From a virus, in the IMG/VR virus record IMGVR_UViG_3300031772_000009, positions 27,362 to 91,361 of that record: 64,000 nt of DNA, one strand, 5' to 3'. Position numbers and translations under genes: made by a program. Positions 63,508-64,000 of the stretch are shown piece by piece; the first letter of the stretch is position 1; each line of letters starts with the position of its first letter. The notes beneath the pieces were generated by a model, which had not been told where the DNA came from, searched no databases, and worked only from the letters and a program-made list of their open reading frames with translations.

Positions 63508-64000
63508 AAGACTGTAAACTTATGCTGATGGGACACTACACTTTAAGCGAGAAAATGAGTAAAATCCTCAAGTCGAGAGGCATAATACTCATTTGTAAAA
63601 TTTGTTGTTGTCCAATATTGGTTGGAGACGAAGTAGAAAGTAAACAGCAACGAAGAGGAAAAACAAAGTTATATCACAAGAAATGCTATGAAGATTCTCA
63701 CTACGATGTTCCAGACAACGGAGACAATGAGGAAGAATAATGAAAACAATAGTTTATAGTGATGACAAAAATTACTATTACGTTAAGGAACTTGCTATGG
63801 GAAGAGATTTCTGGTTAAGTGTAGAAAAACATATAAAACAACCCGAACCAACTGGATGGGTTTCAGATGTAATGCAATTCGACAATTCCTATTATAGAGT
63901 CATTCTATATTTTACATTCTGGAAAGTACGAAGTTATATGAAGATAGAAGAACAAGTTGAAGACACCAATGAACTCGTAAAAGATTATCAAGACGTTCAA

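Overview
This is a 64-kb segment of an AT-rich, tailed archaeal virus (HK97-fold Caudoviricetes, siphovirus-like). The evidence is BRE/TATA promoters, GGTGA Shine-Dalgarno sites, a membrane-anchored archaeal LonB, RadA, a PriS-PriL primase fusion and DUF2153. The host is probably in the TACK group, plausibly Bathyarchaeia (inference). Layout: 1-30 kb is accessory/early DNA with small ORFs, ATPases, a split RNA ligase, NUDIX, a PNGase-like enzyme, an expanded HExxH family and several promoter-driven structured ncRNAs. 30.6-43.5 kb holds the head protease and tail genes. 43.5-53 kb holds replication and proteolysis genes. 53-60 kb holds terminase, capsid and adaptor genes, and 60-64 kb a glycosyltransferase and RadA. 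About ten free-standing HNH endonucleases are scattered through it. No portal, integrase or DNA polymerase was recognised in the window. The best candidate for a new system is at 27.35-28.55 kb. One promoter drives a tRNA-Gly-like RNA that keeps the GlyRS identity elements but has a broken anticodon loop and T-arm, then a YunG-like Cys-His-Asp protein and a Mom/DUF4338-like GNAT. This suggests a dedicated glycyl-donor tRNA for viral DNA hypermodification. Other notable items: a 25-bp panhandle closing a 6-kb operon, HNH genes that recode the 5' ends of their target genes, and an RNA ligase split in the middle of a zinc ribbon. All family calls are by motif recognition, not database searches.
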